Positions 26,283 to 40,110 of a stretch of 64,000 nucleotides of DNA are shown here, piece after piece. Source of the DNA: Eledone cirrhosa. Its lineage: Eukaryota. Numbering within the stretch: the first letter of the stretch is position 1; each line of letters starts with the position of its first letter. The DNA lies in assembly GCA_964016885.1 (NCBI GenBank), contig OZ024740.1:385950001-386014000 (forward strand), given 5' to 3'. Both the position numbers and the translations under genes were made by a program. The notes below the pieces were generated by a model. The model searched no databases. It saw only the letters and a list, made by a program, of their open reading frames with translations, and was not told the DNA's origin.

Positions 26283-26892
26283 TATATATATAAAGTTGTA
26301 GTTCCTGTCTGTTTGTTTGTTCACGAACTCCTTCTATGGTTTTGGAGATAGACCCCCCCTCCCCCCCATACTATATATATTCTGAAACTACATTGTGCAG
26401 GGTACTTGGATAAGTATATTTCATTTTAATCAAAAGGTCCTCTGGGGGCACAAACCCCAGCTGAAAATTTTTTCCCTTCGATTTATATGAAATTTAAACC
26501 ATAGGCAAATGACAAGATATGATGCCTATTCACAAAATTTCAGCAAATTTCAATAATATTAAGACACCCTAAATTTTCACTATACCCCCATAGTGAAAAT
26601 TTTGGAAGCTCATAACTTGAGTATTGGAACCTCTATTATCACGGTTTTTCTATTAATTAAATGTAAATCAACAAAAAAAGCACCTCTCTTTTATAGTAAA
26701 ATTTGGCTAATTTAGTCATTTTATCTATGGCAAAACATCACTAGAATTATGACAACAAAAATTATTAGTTAATGCCTCTATTTTTTTAACATTTTCCCTT
26801 TATTTTTTCTCCATAAATTATTTAAAATCAATCATCATTTTCTTACAAAAAAGAATGTGTGAAACGCAGCAAGGCACAGGTAATTCGGCTAG
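26283..26892 (+). mobile_element. Second Helitron-like element in tandem
   Basis: TATATATATAAAG...CTGTCTGTTTGTTTG start; ends GCAGCAAGGCACAGGTAATTCGG-CTAG|T. Confidence 0.5.
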
Positions 26893-26989
26893 TATATATA
26901 TATATATGTGTGTATGTGTATATATATATATATATATATTTATGGATGTATACTTTGATAGGTATTGGCCCAAGTCATGTCTAACTTAA

Positions 26990-27250
26990 TAGCACCACCT
27001 AGCGAAGGGTTTCAAATCAGGATTTGGACACCATGACCCACTCAAGAAGGGAGTTATTGTTTGTAGAGACATACCCCGGTGTAGGAGGTTTATTCAGGAT
27101 TTCTTGAAGCAATTTGTCCAAAGACTTCTTGAACTTGATAGGGTCTGTTTCTATTTTAATGTGTTTTGGTGTAATGTTAAAGAGAGCGGGGTCAATTGAG
27201 GAGAAATAATTGTGCTGTATTGTTGTTATGAGATGAGAGTTTGATTTTTT
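26990..27250 (-). mobile_element. 3' remnant of a CR1/Jockey-group LINE
   Basis: Minus-strand translation PALFNITPKHIK...FKKSLDKLL...P resembles LINE ORF2 C-termini. Confidence 0.45.
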
Positions 27251-27369
27251 TGATTTTTTATGTGTGTGTATACATACAAATATATCTCTGTATCTATATG
27301 TTATACACAGATATCTATGTGTAATAAATCTCTCTCTCTATGTGTATATATATATATATGTATATATAT

Positions 27370-30300
27370 ATATTGTTATACTTTGGGAGGGTCATGTTGC
27401 CAATAAGAAACACACGCACCAGTTGCTTTCACTCCAATTTATTATAAATTAAATTTATAAATTTAAGAATTTGTAAATTTCCGGTTGGTTGGTTGGTTCC
27501 ACAACCGGACGGTTGTTCATATATTGTCAAAGTTCTTTCGTCACACATTCTGTGACCTCCTTAGTGACTGGGGATTCTTTTCTTTGTTTTGTGCCTCTCC
27601 TTTGTTCTGTCCTACGCCATCTTGTTTTTGTGTGTGTCGTATGCTTAGGGTGTCTATGTGTGTTTTTATTTGTTTATTTACATGTTACTAGTTGGTTGTT
27701 TGTTCTATTTGTGTGTGTTTTCATTTTGTCCTTAATTGTAAGTTGTGATGTTGCTATTCCATTCATGTTTTTATTTAATTTTGGTTGGAGTTCATTTATG
27801 TTTATTGCCTCTGTGATTTGTCTAAACGTTACGTCTTTTCTGTGTGTAGATTTTATTTTTATTTCTATGTTCTCTAATTTTCCCTTATGTTCTATTTTAG
27901 CATGTTGGTGGAGTACTGATGATTCTTTTCTATCTTGAAGCTCTCGCCAGTGTTCATTCAATCGTTCTCCTATACTATGAGCTGTCTCACCTATGTATAC
28001 TATATTCTTATCTTTACATTGTCTCTCAGTACATCTTATGCTATATACTATGTTTCTAGTTTTGCAGTTAATATGGGGGCTTAGTTTACAGATTATGCAT
28101 TTCTTATCTATACAGGGAGGTCTTTGAAAAGGGTATGTATTACTAATACGTGTTTTTATGGTCTTTCCATAATCTTAATATTTAGTTTAAGTTTATCTAG
28201 GGCCCTTCCAAATTTGTAAGCTAGTTCACCTCTAGGGGTTGTATTGATGAACATTACACTCTGGTATTTATTGCTATCATACCATGAGTTTATTCTATTA
28301 ACCTTATTTCTAGTTCTTTCTATTCTATTCCAAAATTTTCTTCTATACAAGGGGCAGGTCCCATTTGTATCATTATTTACCATTTTTTCCCATTTGGTTC
28401 TGGCTCCTCTATATACGCTGATTTTATTGCAAACACCCCAACCATCGATTACCTGTACTAGACACAGAGCTCTGGTTAGAAACCATTAATAACAAAAAAC
28501 AAATCCTCCATTCCCATTATGCCAAACCCATGACTTCCACCGAAATTCAGCTGTTTTGGATCACACCAAAATCAACATACTGATTGCGGATTTGGTACGG
28601 GTGATGAGAAACGTGTCCCGCATGTGCAACCCCAAAGAACTGGAGAGAGAGACATACAACACTTCATCCACCATATGCAGTTCTCTGGTTACAATCAGAG
28701 AGATAAAATCAGAGTATATAGAGGAGCCAAAACCAAATGGGAAAAAATGGTAAATAATGATACAAATGGGACCTGCCCCTTATATAGGACAAATTTTGGA
28801 ATAGAATAGAAAGAACCAGGAATAAGGTTAAGAGAATAAACTCATGGTATGATAGCAATAAATACCAGAGTGTAATGTTCATCAATACAACCCCTAGAGG
28901 TGAACTAGCTTACAAATTTAGAAGGGCTCTAGATAAACTTAAACTAAATATTAAGATTGTGGAAAGACCAGGTACCTCCATAAAAACACTTATTAGTAAT
29001 ACATACCCTTTTCAAAGACCTCCCTGTATAGATAAGAAATGCATAATCTGTAAACTAAGCCCCCATATTAACTGCAAAACTAGAAACATAGTATATAGGA
29101 TAAGAATATAGTGTACATAGGTGAGACAGCTCATAGTATAGGAGAACGATTAAATGAATACTGGCGAGAGCTTCAAGATAGAAAAGAATCATCAGTACTC
29201 CACCAACATGCTAAAATAGAACATAAGGGAATGGAGGATTTGTTTTTTGTTATTAATGGTTTCTAACCAGAGCTCTGTGTCTAGTACAGGTAATCGATGG
29301 TTGGGGTGTTTGCAATAAAATCAGCGTATATAGAGGAACCAGAACCAAATGGGAAAAAATGGTAAATAATGATACAAATGGGACCTGCCCCTTGTATAGA
29401 AGAAAATTTTGGAATAGAATAGAAAGAACTAGAAATAAGGTTAATAGAATAAACTCATGGTATGATAGCAATAAATACCAGAGTGTAATGTTCATCAATA
29501 CAACCCCTAGAGGTGAACTAGCTTACAAATTTGGAAGGGCCCTAGATAAACTTAAACTAAATATTAAGATTATGGAAAGACCATAAAAACACTTATTAGT
29601 AATACATACCCTTTTCAAAGACCTCCCTGTATAGATAAGAAATGCATAATCTGTAAACTAAGCCCCCATATTAACTGCAAAACTAGAAACATAGTATATA
29701 GCATAAGATGTACTGAGAGACAATGTAAAGATAAGAATATAGTATACATAGGTGAGACAGCTCATAGTATAGGAGAACGATTAAATGAATACTGGCGAGA
29801 GCTTCAAGATAGAAAAGAATCATCAGTACTCCACCAACATGCTAAAATAGAACATAAGGGAAAATTAGAGAACATAGAAATAAAAATAAAATCTACACAC
29901 AGAAAAGACGTAACGTTTAGACAAATCACAGAGGCAATAAACATAAATGAACTCCAACCAAAATTAAATAAAAAACATGAATGGAATAGCAACATCACAA
30001 CTTACAATTAAGGACAAAATGAAAACACACACAAATAGAACAAACAACCAACTAGTAACATGTAAATAAACAAATAAAAACACACATAGACACCCTAAGC
30101 ATACGACACACACAAAAACAAGATGGCGTAGGACAGAACAAAGGAGAGGCACAAAACAAAGAAAAGAATCCCCAGTCACTAAAGAGGTCACAGAATGTGT
30201 GACGAAAGAACTTTGACAATATATGAACAACCGTCCGGTTGTGGAACCAACCAACCAACCGGAAATTTACAAATTCTTAAATTTATAAATTTAATTTATA

Positions 30301-30427
30301 ATAAATTGGAGTGAAAGCAACTGGTGCGTGTGTTTCTTATTGGCAACATGACCCTCCCAAAGTATAACAATATCGGTTTCAACACACGTTTTCAGATAAA
30401 GAATCTTGCTAAATAAATTCAGAAACG
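27370..30427 (+). mobile_element. Penelope-like retroelement (RT C-terminus + GIY-YIG), rearranged, with ~1.15-kb inverted arms (27370-28515 / 29227-30373)
   Basis: LPVLDTELW...HSHYAKPM (PLE RT thumb region); NIVYSIRC...C...VYIGETAHSIGERLNE...H...H...E...N (GIY-YIG). Flanked by (TA)n. Confidence 0.88.
30175..30217 (+). ncRNA. Degenerate hammerhead in the PLE 3' region (mirror copy near 27525-27570)
   Basis: GTCA-CTAAAGA-G-GTCACA.GAATG.TGTGAC-GAAA-GAAC-TT-TGAC; the core G5 is mutated. Confidence 0.5.
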
Positions 30428-30678
30428 ATATATATATATAATTATGCACTTATATACATGTGAATGTGTGTTGTCCACTTAGTGCAATAATAATTGTTTC
30501 TACTTTTGGCACAAGACCAGCAATTATCCCAGTACAGTACTGGTACTTAGTGCAATAATAATAAAAAGAAAACTTAGAATATTTTAGAACAGAAAGTAAA
30601 TATAAAGAGAGATGAAATGTTATTTCAAACTACTTAGACTGGCTTCTCCGTATTTGTGACGCATGTTTTGATTTTCAG

Positions 30679-30714
30679 GTGACGAGAAGGGATATAGGAA
30701 AGTTTGTGACTGTG
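30679..30714 (+). CDS. Candidate 36-nt phase 1-1 microexon of the Sidekick-like gene (xDEKGYRKVCDC)
   Basis: TTTTGATTTTCAG| acceptor, |GTGAGC donor, open frame, phase compatible with the downstream exons. Confidence 0.5.
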
Positions 30715-30857
30715 GTGAGCCTTAACATATTTTCTTAGCTTGCAGGATTGCCATTCCACAATTTCTATTAAATAATATAAAATTTTTAATACAAATTTAG
30801 TGAATAATGCATAATGGATGGAAAAAATATATATATAATTAAATAAACGACAGAAAA

Positions 30858-30921
30858 TATGTGTATATATTCACTCATATCTATATCTATATATATATAT
30901 ACATACTTATATATATATACT

Positions 30922-30959
<38 letters not shown>

Positions 30960-31025
30960 TATATATACTTATATATATATATATATACTTATATATATAT
31001 ATATATACACATATATATATATATA

Positions 31026-31089
<64 letters not shown>

Positions 31090-31137
31090 TATATATACTT
31101 ATATATATATATATATATACACATATATATATATACT

Positions 31138-31171
<34 letters not shown>

Positions 31172-31259
31172 TATATACTTATATATATATGTATATATAT
31201 ATATGTGTATATATATGTGTATATATATGTATATATATGTATATAAGTATATATATATA

Positions 31260-31320
<61 letters not shown>

Positions 31321-31323
31321 GTG

Positions 31324-31356
<33 letters not shown>

Positions 31357-31461
31357 GTGTATATATATATATGTATATATATATGTGTATATATATGTGT
31401 ATATATATGTATATATATATGTATATAAGTATATATATGTATATATATATGTATATAAGTA

Positions 31462-31513
<52 letters not shown>

Positions 31514-31597
31514 AGTATATATATGTGTATATATATATATGTATATAAGTATATATATATATGTGTATATAAGTATATATATGTGTATATATATATA

Positions 31598-31653
<56 letters not shown>

Positions 31654-31814
31654 TATATACTTATATATATATATATATACACACATATATATATATACTT
31701 ATATACACATATATATACACATATATATATACTTATATACACATATACATACACATATATATATACTTATATACACATATATATACACACACATATATAT
31801 ATATATATATACAC

Positions 31815-31899
<85 letters not shown>

Positions 31900-31918
31900 T
31901 ATACACATATATATATAC

Positions 31919-31981
<63 letters not shown>
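30858..31981. repeat. ~1.1-kb interrupted (TA)n microsatellite
   Basis: Direct reading. Confidence 0.97.
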
Positions 31982-31982
<1 letters not shown>

Positions 31983-34900
31983 CCTTATATTTATTTTTAA
32001 GTTTGACCAATTTATTTTATTTTAATTTTATGGAACTTGCGGCTTTCTACTAAATATGCATACTCACAGAACATGCTTCAATTCATTCTCACAGGCAGTT
32101 AGGCCATAAGGCATTTCTTTGCTTGCCTGGCTCACATTTCTGTAATGATATCTTTTAGATATTTTGCATGCATTTTGAAATTATTAGACAAAAATAACTT
32201 TTTTTTTTAATCGCTCATTTTCAACCCATTTTTTAATTATCTAGTTAGATTTAGTTGTCTCTCTGTCCCTCTGCCACTCTCTCTAAATTTATCTATGTAT
32301 CAATTTCTTTACTTTTCTCAGTCTGTCTCTTCTCCGGCCACCCCTCTCTCTCTCATGAAAATAAATAATTACTGAAGCTGTGGGCTTGGGGATCACTAAT
32401 AGTGTATGTTTCGTATTTTAATGCATTTTGACTACCCACCCCACCCCTTGCAATACTACTATTTTCCGTTTTTGTTTCTTTTTTTTTCTCATTTTTTTTT
32501 GTTTACTTATTTGTTAAATTTTCATATTCAGTTTGATTGTGCATTGCCATTCATATCTAAAACTTGACTGAGACAGAAATTGATAGATCATCGAGCTAAA
32601 TGTCTTGCCATATTAGTCACATCTATTTACATTCTGACTTTAAATCATGGCTGAATCTGCCTTTCATCTGGGATTGATAAAATAAGTACCAGTCAGTATT
32701 GGAATTGATTATACTGAAACCTAAAGCCTTCTGTCTCAGTTAAAATTTGTTTTTACAACAGAGCAGCAGTCTTGTTTTGTTTTTTTATATAGTTTATCTT
32801 CAAACTACCATTGTTATTTCTTAATATTTCATGTAAAGTTTATTTCTTATGTTTTTCATTAATTTTTCCTTGTTTTATTTTGACAGTTTTTGTGTGTATG
32901 CATGTTTTGTTTTATTTTTCTAAATTCTATTAATTATTAAGTTCTTTTGTTATGTTTGAATAAGTATAATTTCTATTTTTCAATTTATTTTTTTTACAAT
33001 ATACATGGCAAAGGTATCATAGGCAAGTGTCTCTTGGCTTTATTCAGACCTTGTGGATGAATTTTATCTGTTCCTGCATCTAAAAGAATGCATATGCTTA
33101 ATGGGTCTACACTTAAAATCATTGGTCATTAGACCTATGTAGTATCTTACAGGACAGGGGTTTTAAAGTTGCAAGTTGGTGCAATGGTGGTCTGTAAAGG
33201 TATGCTATTTTCTGTTGTAGTTTGGAAGCAATGTTATCTATACAGGAGTAGCTCACATTATTGAAGTTAGAGTTTATCATCATTACATACAATGTATGAA
33301 ACAAAAAAATTGGGCTTCATACATTGTTTGTCTGTCTGAATGTCTGTCTGACATCTGAAAACTGTTGTTCATATACATACATACACACACATACATACAT
33401 GTATGCCTATATACATACATACATTTATGTAAATATATAATTGTATGTGTGAGTCAATAAATATACTTGTATTACATGCCTTGTGTCACCCCATCAATAA
33501 AAGCTTTGTGCTATTTTTATAGTTACAAACATTTTAACATATACATGTATGTGTGTGAGTGTGTGTATCTGTCTACTCTAACAACTGGTACTGTTTGTTT
33601 ATGCTCATTAATTTCACATCTTGACAAATATATATCAATAAAATATATACCAGACTTGTAAAAAATATTTGTACTATATGATGGACTAAACCCTTGATTA
33701 TAATGCTCCAGCATGATGCAGTTGAATAATTGAAACCAATAAAAGATTAAATGTTTATATATGTATGTGTGTGTACGTGCTTATGTGTGTTTGTATATTT
33801 GAAATAGAATGTAAGGTATATCTTCCTAGTTTTAGCCATTGCTGTGATGTATAATCAAATATATCAGAACAAATATTAACAAATGTTCATCTTTCTGTAG
33901 TCAGATAAATATTGTTATCGTAATCAAACCAACTGACTTAATGAGATCATAAATGTGGAATAACCTTAAGTAGCTATAAGCTATTACTTTCCATATGCAA
34001 ATGAAGTGGCTGTGTGGTCTCTGGTGAAATCTCAATAAACAAAAACAAGTCAAGTCAAGCTCCCACCTCCCTTTTTTTGTCCATGAAAATATAGAAGAAT
34101 ACATTTCTTCTCTTGCATTTGATGACACAGCCCAACAATAGGTGAAACTAGTAAAATATATCCTAGCTCACATCTCAGATTATTCAACATACACTGTTCA
34201 AAGAATCATATATTAATTATTAAAAAAAGAAAAGAAAAAAAGATTGAAAACACGTTTTTCAGTGGCACCGTGTACCTAGTGAGTTGATATCCTGATACTG
34301 TTGCCATTATCTTTCAGGCTCATCAAAATAAATACAATTTAATCTCAATTGCCCACTCCCCTTTGCCTTTCATCCTTATGGTCGATAAAATAAAGTACAA
34401 GTAATGCACTGGGATAATTGCTGGCTTTATGCCAAAAGTAGAAACAATTATTTTTGTTCTTGTCCCAATTTCCTGTATAAAATATTTCATTTTGCAAATA
34501 TCCTTCGCAAAACCTTAATGCCATAATTAATTGTTTCGTATAAGAATTAATATAACTTTGATCAAGAATTTTTTTTTTTTTTATTCACTTCAATGAATTA
34601 TGTGTTCATTGTGTTCCTTGCTAGCCATGTCATCAGCCAGAGATGGAGTGCAAGTGACCTTGTGACAGACCACACAGGCAAAACAAACATATACAGTATA
34701 TATAGCATTTAACAAAACAATAGCATAACCAGTCTATAAACCAGTGTTTTCTAAGGAGGTTAATAGTATTAGTATGGACATGTATTTTGCCAGTATATTA
34801 GTCCTTTTTTCTTCTTTTCTTCATTGCCTGGTGATAGATAGCAATACATAGAGACAGAAAGAGTAGTACATAAATAGATACAACTCAATCTGTATGTGAG

Positions 34901-37009
34901 TGTGTTGTAGAAGCTAAGATTTTATTCTACTGTCATTTCTAGCAAGAGAGGTTTCCACAACAAAGTTCTTTGCACCATGTACGACAGACAGACAGATAGA
35001 TAAAGGGTCAACATGCTGTAAATACTATGACATTATAGTTCTCTTTCTGTAACTCTCTCACTATATCTCTCTCTTGTTGGCTTCAATTTACAATGAATGT
35101 TCCTATTTATTTATATAGTAAATACGTGCGTTATTGACTGTGTAATACAATTAATGTGGTGTCTGAACACAATGGAACCAAACTCTCATTGTTACTGTGT
35201 CTGTCTCTCCCTCTCTCACCATCTCTCACTATTATGAGCAAGTGGGGGCCCATGCGCTGGCTACCTCACGGCCCCAGCAGATTGAATAGAGAAGGCGTTT
35301 CCCCAGAGGATGGTGAGGGAGACATGCTGGAAGAACTATTCCAGCTCACAAGGCTCGCACCTGCAGGTAGCCAACACTGTGTTGATGGGGATGCTATGGC
35401 CAAGAGCAGGAGAAGTCTCAACCTGGGATTGTCATTGCTTTTGTCAGCAAGGGTTTTAATATCTTGTGATAAAGATGGTTGTCAGGATGTGTTGTCTTTG
35501 TTGTTTAGTGATGATTGGCCAGACTTATGAGCAAAAGTTTTCTAGCTATGACCATACCGACTTGTTTTCAGTAATAGAATATCTAAGACTACATTATTTA
35601 ATATAACCTGTTTTAAATATAACCAGATGTAACTTCAGAGATAATAAGTAGGGTAAAATACATAGATACTCTCTCATTATCAAGAAATATTCATATCTAT
35701 CAGTTGGCATGTTGATATTTTGAGGTGGGTGGGAAGGCTTTTTTTTTACTTTTATGTCTGGAAATTATACCAAAGAACTGTTGCTTCTACATTCCCAGGG
35801 GTTGAATCTGGATTATGGTTAAACTATGTTTTTTTTCTTGTATGAAATCTTAAATTAGTGTAAGTTATTTAAGTAGATATGTTATGTTAGCTAAACCTGT
35901 GTAATAGGACCAACATGATATCCAGTGACTAAATGGTTGATTTTTTTTTTCTTCAGACTGAGTATAGAACTGTCACTTAGAGTCTGTACCCACTTTTAAT
36001 ATATTTTAAGTGGCTCCACAATGTGAAGGCATTCAACCTATTCATTAGGGCGTTGGTCTTATGATCTTAATGTCAGTGGGTCAATTTCTGAACTGAATAA
36101 CACATTGTGTTCTGGAGAAAAACACTTCATTCACATTGCTCCAGTCAAAACTCGGCTGAAAGTGAATACTAGCAGCAGCAGCTGGAGTGTGTGTGTGTGG
36201 GGGGGGGGGGGGGGGGGGTGAACCTGTCTGCTGGTTGGGAGACGTGTACTCTCAGTTACTTAACACCAATGAAACCCAAATAAACTCTGGCTTGATGAAC
36301 CTCTATACTTGGGATAGACTTTAATCTTTTTTTTAACAATGTGGATGTCACCATTGGTTGGAGTATCAAAGAAAGATTACTACATATATTTGTTCGTGAA
36401 CCTAGGCAGAACAAATGCAGCTATCCAAAAGAGATAATATCCAATAAACACTGTTGATAAAATATTTGGAAATTTTACTGTATCATGCTTCTTTTCAAAA
36501 TGAGATATTACTATAGGATGTCACCATGTAAAATTAGATCTATCATTATATCATAAAGTAAGCATCTGCTTCTGTTGTTGAATTATATCGATATAAACAT
36601 TTGGTTCTTCGGATCTCTTCAGCATTTGAAGAAAATCGGGAAATCATTAAGCATCTTTTAAATTCTGAATCTAGCTTTTAGTCTATAATATTTTAGTCAA
36701 TGGTAAATAAAAAAAAAAAAAAGCAAAAAACATAACACTAAATTAGTACTTAACAATATTGTGTAACATTAAATTACATATGTATTTATGATCATCTCCA
36801 TTGCTTTTAAGTCTACTTATCCATGCTGGCATGGAATATTTTCCAAGGGATGTTTTATGACAATGTTTTACAGCCAGATGTCAACCCTTTTAGTCAGCTC
36901 TTACAACATGCAGATATACAGTGTATCCATTCAAAAAACTGGGATGTGAGGCAGAATATGTTGACTTCATTGTTTGATAACAGTTAAACTGGCAGAGAAT
37001 AATATTAGT

Positions 37010-38850
37010 GATGTAACTCACTTTGAATGTCCTGCAACAATACAGAGTTAAGATGTTTTTGAGGGAGCCCCATCGCGGTGGGTAACGTCTTACGACGACT
37101 TTCAGCCAAGATTGCTTGCAAGTAAGTCAAAGATGACCTGAGCGAGGTTCTAAGCCCTGTCCAGCTCGGAGTGGGAATCAAGGGCAGTTGTGAGGCCACA
37201 GTTCATGTGGGTAGACACTTCATAGAGCACATGCCTCCCTTGACACCCTACCTCCTCGTAAAGCTGGACATGACCAATGCTTTCAACAGCATTAGACAGG
37301 ATCACATCCTAGAGACATGTCTCAGACATCTACCCCGTTGTTCACCTTTCATACGGAAGACCCAGCTCACTCATGGCCGCCAACAACAGGCTTACTTTCA
37401 CCACAGATGTCCAGCAGGGGGACCACTCAGCTCACTCCAATTCGTACTGGCAGTCGACGAAGAAGCCCAGTCGGTCCAGTCACCCCTCAACGTCTGGTGC
37501 CTCAATGACATGACCCAGAGTGTCCCGGCTGAGAAGGTAGTTGAAGACCTTCGACATATCCTCCCAGCTCTAAAGCTCCTTGGACTTGAGATCAACCCAA
37601 CCAAGTCTGAGGTGACCAACATCAACTACGGAGAGGCCGAATTCCGCAACTCTATACTCTGCTTCCATCCCATCCTGGCCAGAGCTCAGCTGGCACCCAA
37701 GGACGCCGCATGCATTCTCGGCTCCCCCATTCTCCTGAAAGCCATAAGAGAATGCCTGGAGACCAAGCACACGGATTTGTCCCAATTAGCAGAGAGGTTG
37801 CGACTCATTGACGCTCATCTTGCGCTCTTTCTGTCTCCCTCCCCAAACTTACATTCACGCTGCATGGTGCACCTTGATGAAACCATTCAATGCTATGTGG
37901 GACTCATCTGCAATGTCAGTTTCAACAGTGCAAGCTGGCAACAGGCGACACTCCCAGTGAGGTTTGGTGTGCTCGGCCTCTGATCAGCTTTGGATGTAGC
38001 TTTACCTGCCTACCTCTCCTCTATCTCCTCCTGCCGCACTCTCATGATGATGGAATAGGCTCTGGCCTACTGTACAGGCAAAGGCCTCTCTATCCCTCAA
38101 TATACTATGGTCCAACGTAACTGGGATGACATCAATTGCAAGACTTCTGTCAGGCGGATCGAGTCTGTCTTGGACGAACACCACCTCACCTGTCTCCGCT
38201 CTGCTTCTCAGCACAACAGTGGTGCATAGCTCAATTTCGTGCCCTCCTCATCAACAGATACCCTTCTTGATGATGAGTGCACCCGCATCGGAGTAGCCCA
38301 ATGCTTTGGCCTCTGGATGTGTGAGCCACATAAATTCCACAGCGAGGCGGTTGTTGAATAGTTCTGCCGTCAGAGTGCTGGCCAGTTCCCCCGATACACC
38401 ACTCTCAAGCCTGGATGCAGCTGGCTTTCCATCTCAACTGGAGCCAGCAGGCCTAGTTGCAGAGATGGCAAGCACCCTGACGGAATCACCCTCTTTATAT
38501 TCAAGGAGATAGATTTCTCATCTGGAATGCCACCAACTTAGTCACTTCGGCCACAAACCCCAGCATCACGGCCCGCTTCACAGAAGAATGTAAAATAAAC
38601 AAATACTGGAGTTTGTCCGGCCGCTTCCTCTTCGCACCAGTCGCCATTGAGACCTCAGGCATACCTGGACCCCGTACTGCCAAGCTCCTCCGCATATTTG
38701 GAGCGTCGGTGGCCCGTCTGAGGAGAGAGCCCCGCGAGGTTGGGTGGCTATTGCAGCGAGTGTCACTGGCCATCATCTGCAGGAATGCTTTTGCCGTCTT
38801 ACTTGCTGGCTGCAGCACTTCTGCCCTCTCGCCCTAAGGCCAACCCAATG
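37010..38850 (+). mobile_element. CRE-like (restriction-like endonuclease) non-LTR retrotransposon, degraded
   Basis: KLDMTNAFNSI, LGLEINPTKSE, QATLPVRFGVLGL; RLE remnants DGKHPDGITL and FAPVAIETSG. Confidence 0.75.
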
Positions 38851-39029
38851 ACCCTCCCCTTCACCCCTCCCCTCTCTTCTGTGACACCTGAGCTCTAGTC
38901 ATCGCCTTCCCGTTCTTTTTCTTCTTTCTTTCTCTCTTTTCTCTCTATATTTCCCTAATCTTTCTTTCTTTTTGTTTCCCTTTTTTTTTATTATTGCCGT
39001 CATTATAGTTGTCATTATTATTATTGTTA

Positions 39030-39255
39030 GGGTGATGGATTGGCAGAATCAGTAGAGGGTTGGATGCCATGCTTCGCAGCATAGAGTTACGGCCCTTTAT
39101 GATCTGAGTTCAAATTCTACCGAGGTTAACTTTACCTTTCATCCTTACGGGGTTGATAAAATAAAGTACCAGTCACGAACTGGGGTCGATTTAATCGACT
39201 TTCCCCACCCTCCAAAAATTGCTGGCCTTGTGCCTTTTCAAGAAACCATTATTAT
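39030..39255 (+). mobile_element. tRNA-derived SINE of a second family
   Basis: TGGCAGAAT A box, GAGTTCAAATT B box, conserved central CCTTTCATCCTTACGGGGTTGATAAAATAAAGTACCAG. Decayed copies at ~32640-32710, 34360-34450 and 58550-58705. Confidence 0.8.
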
Positions 39256-40110
39256 TGTTACCGTAAATAATATCATGTTTATACAGTTTTTATCATAAAT
39301 AAATTTCAGAATATAGAAAGAAAAAACAAAATAAGAATTGACCCCAATACTAAACTGTATTGTACTCAATTTTTTCTCTATATCGCTTTTTCATTTCTTC
39401 CCCCTTTCACTCTCTCCTCCTCCAGAAGAAATTGATGGATTCAGACTTGGAGAGGGGATGGACTCTGCCAGGTTTTAAAAATGCTGAAGACATATATTGC
39501 ATATCACACATTGTTTCAAAACTGAAAGCTTCTGTCTAACTTGATACCAGTCCTGATGGATTGGGTGCCTTAGTGGTACCATATAACTCAAAAGTGAGAT
39601 GTCACATTCTTTTCTGTACATTAAAAACATTTTGAAAAATCTAACAATAATACAGTTCAACTAAAAAGGAGACCTTGCTGTGGTATAGGCAGGTGAACAT
39701 TTTCCATACAGACGCTGGCTGTGTGTTAAAGGAGTTTGATTTGCAACTATGTTGTTCTGGATTCAGTCCCAATGCATGGAACATTGGGCAAGTGTCTTCT
39801 ATTATAACCACAGGTTCACAAATGCCTCATGAATAGAATTTCGTAGATGGAAACTGCAGAAGCTTGTCATATATATGCATATGTGTGTGTGTGTGTGTGT
39901 GTGTTAGTTTGTGACTGTATTTATGTTTGTGTCTTTGTTTATGTTCCATAACTTAATGGTTTGGCAAAAAATAGGATCGATAAAATAAATATCAGACATG
40001 AGAAAATAAGTACTGAAGTCAATATGATCAACTAGATGAAGGGGCAGCACCAGCATGGCCATAGTCTAATGACTGAAACTAGTGAGAGAGGAAAAGAATA
40101 AAAGAATATA

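Noticed and set aside
30859-32053. Long YIYIYI ORFs (also at 2555-3358, 10513-11084, 12617-13132)
   Set aside because: Translations of (TA)n microsatellites.
33048-33102. Possible third small exon after TTCAG
   Set aside because: Weak donor (GTCTAC) and no supporting protein features.
35156-35530. 124-aa ORF in a more GC-rich patch
   Set aside because: No recognisable domain or splice context; probably a decayed repeat.
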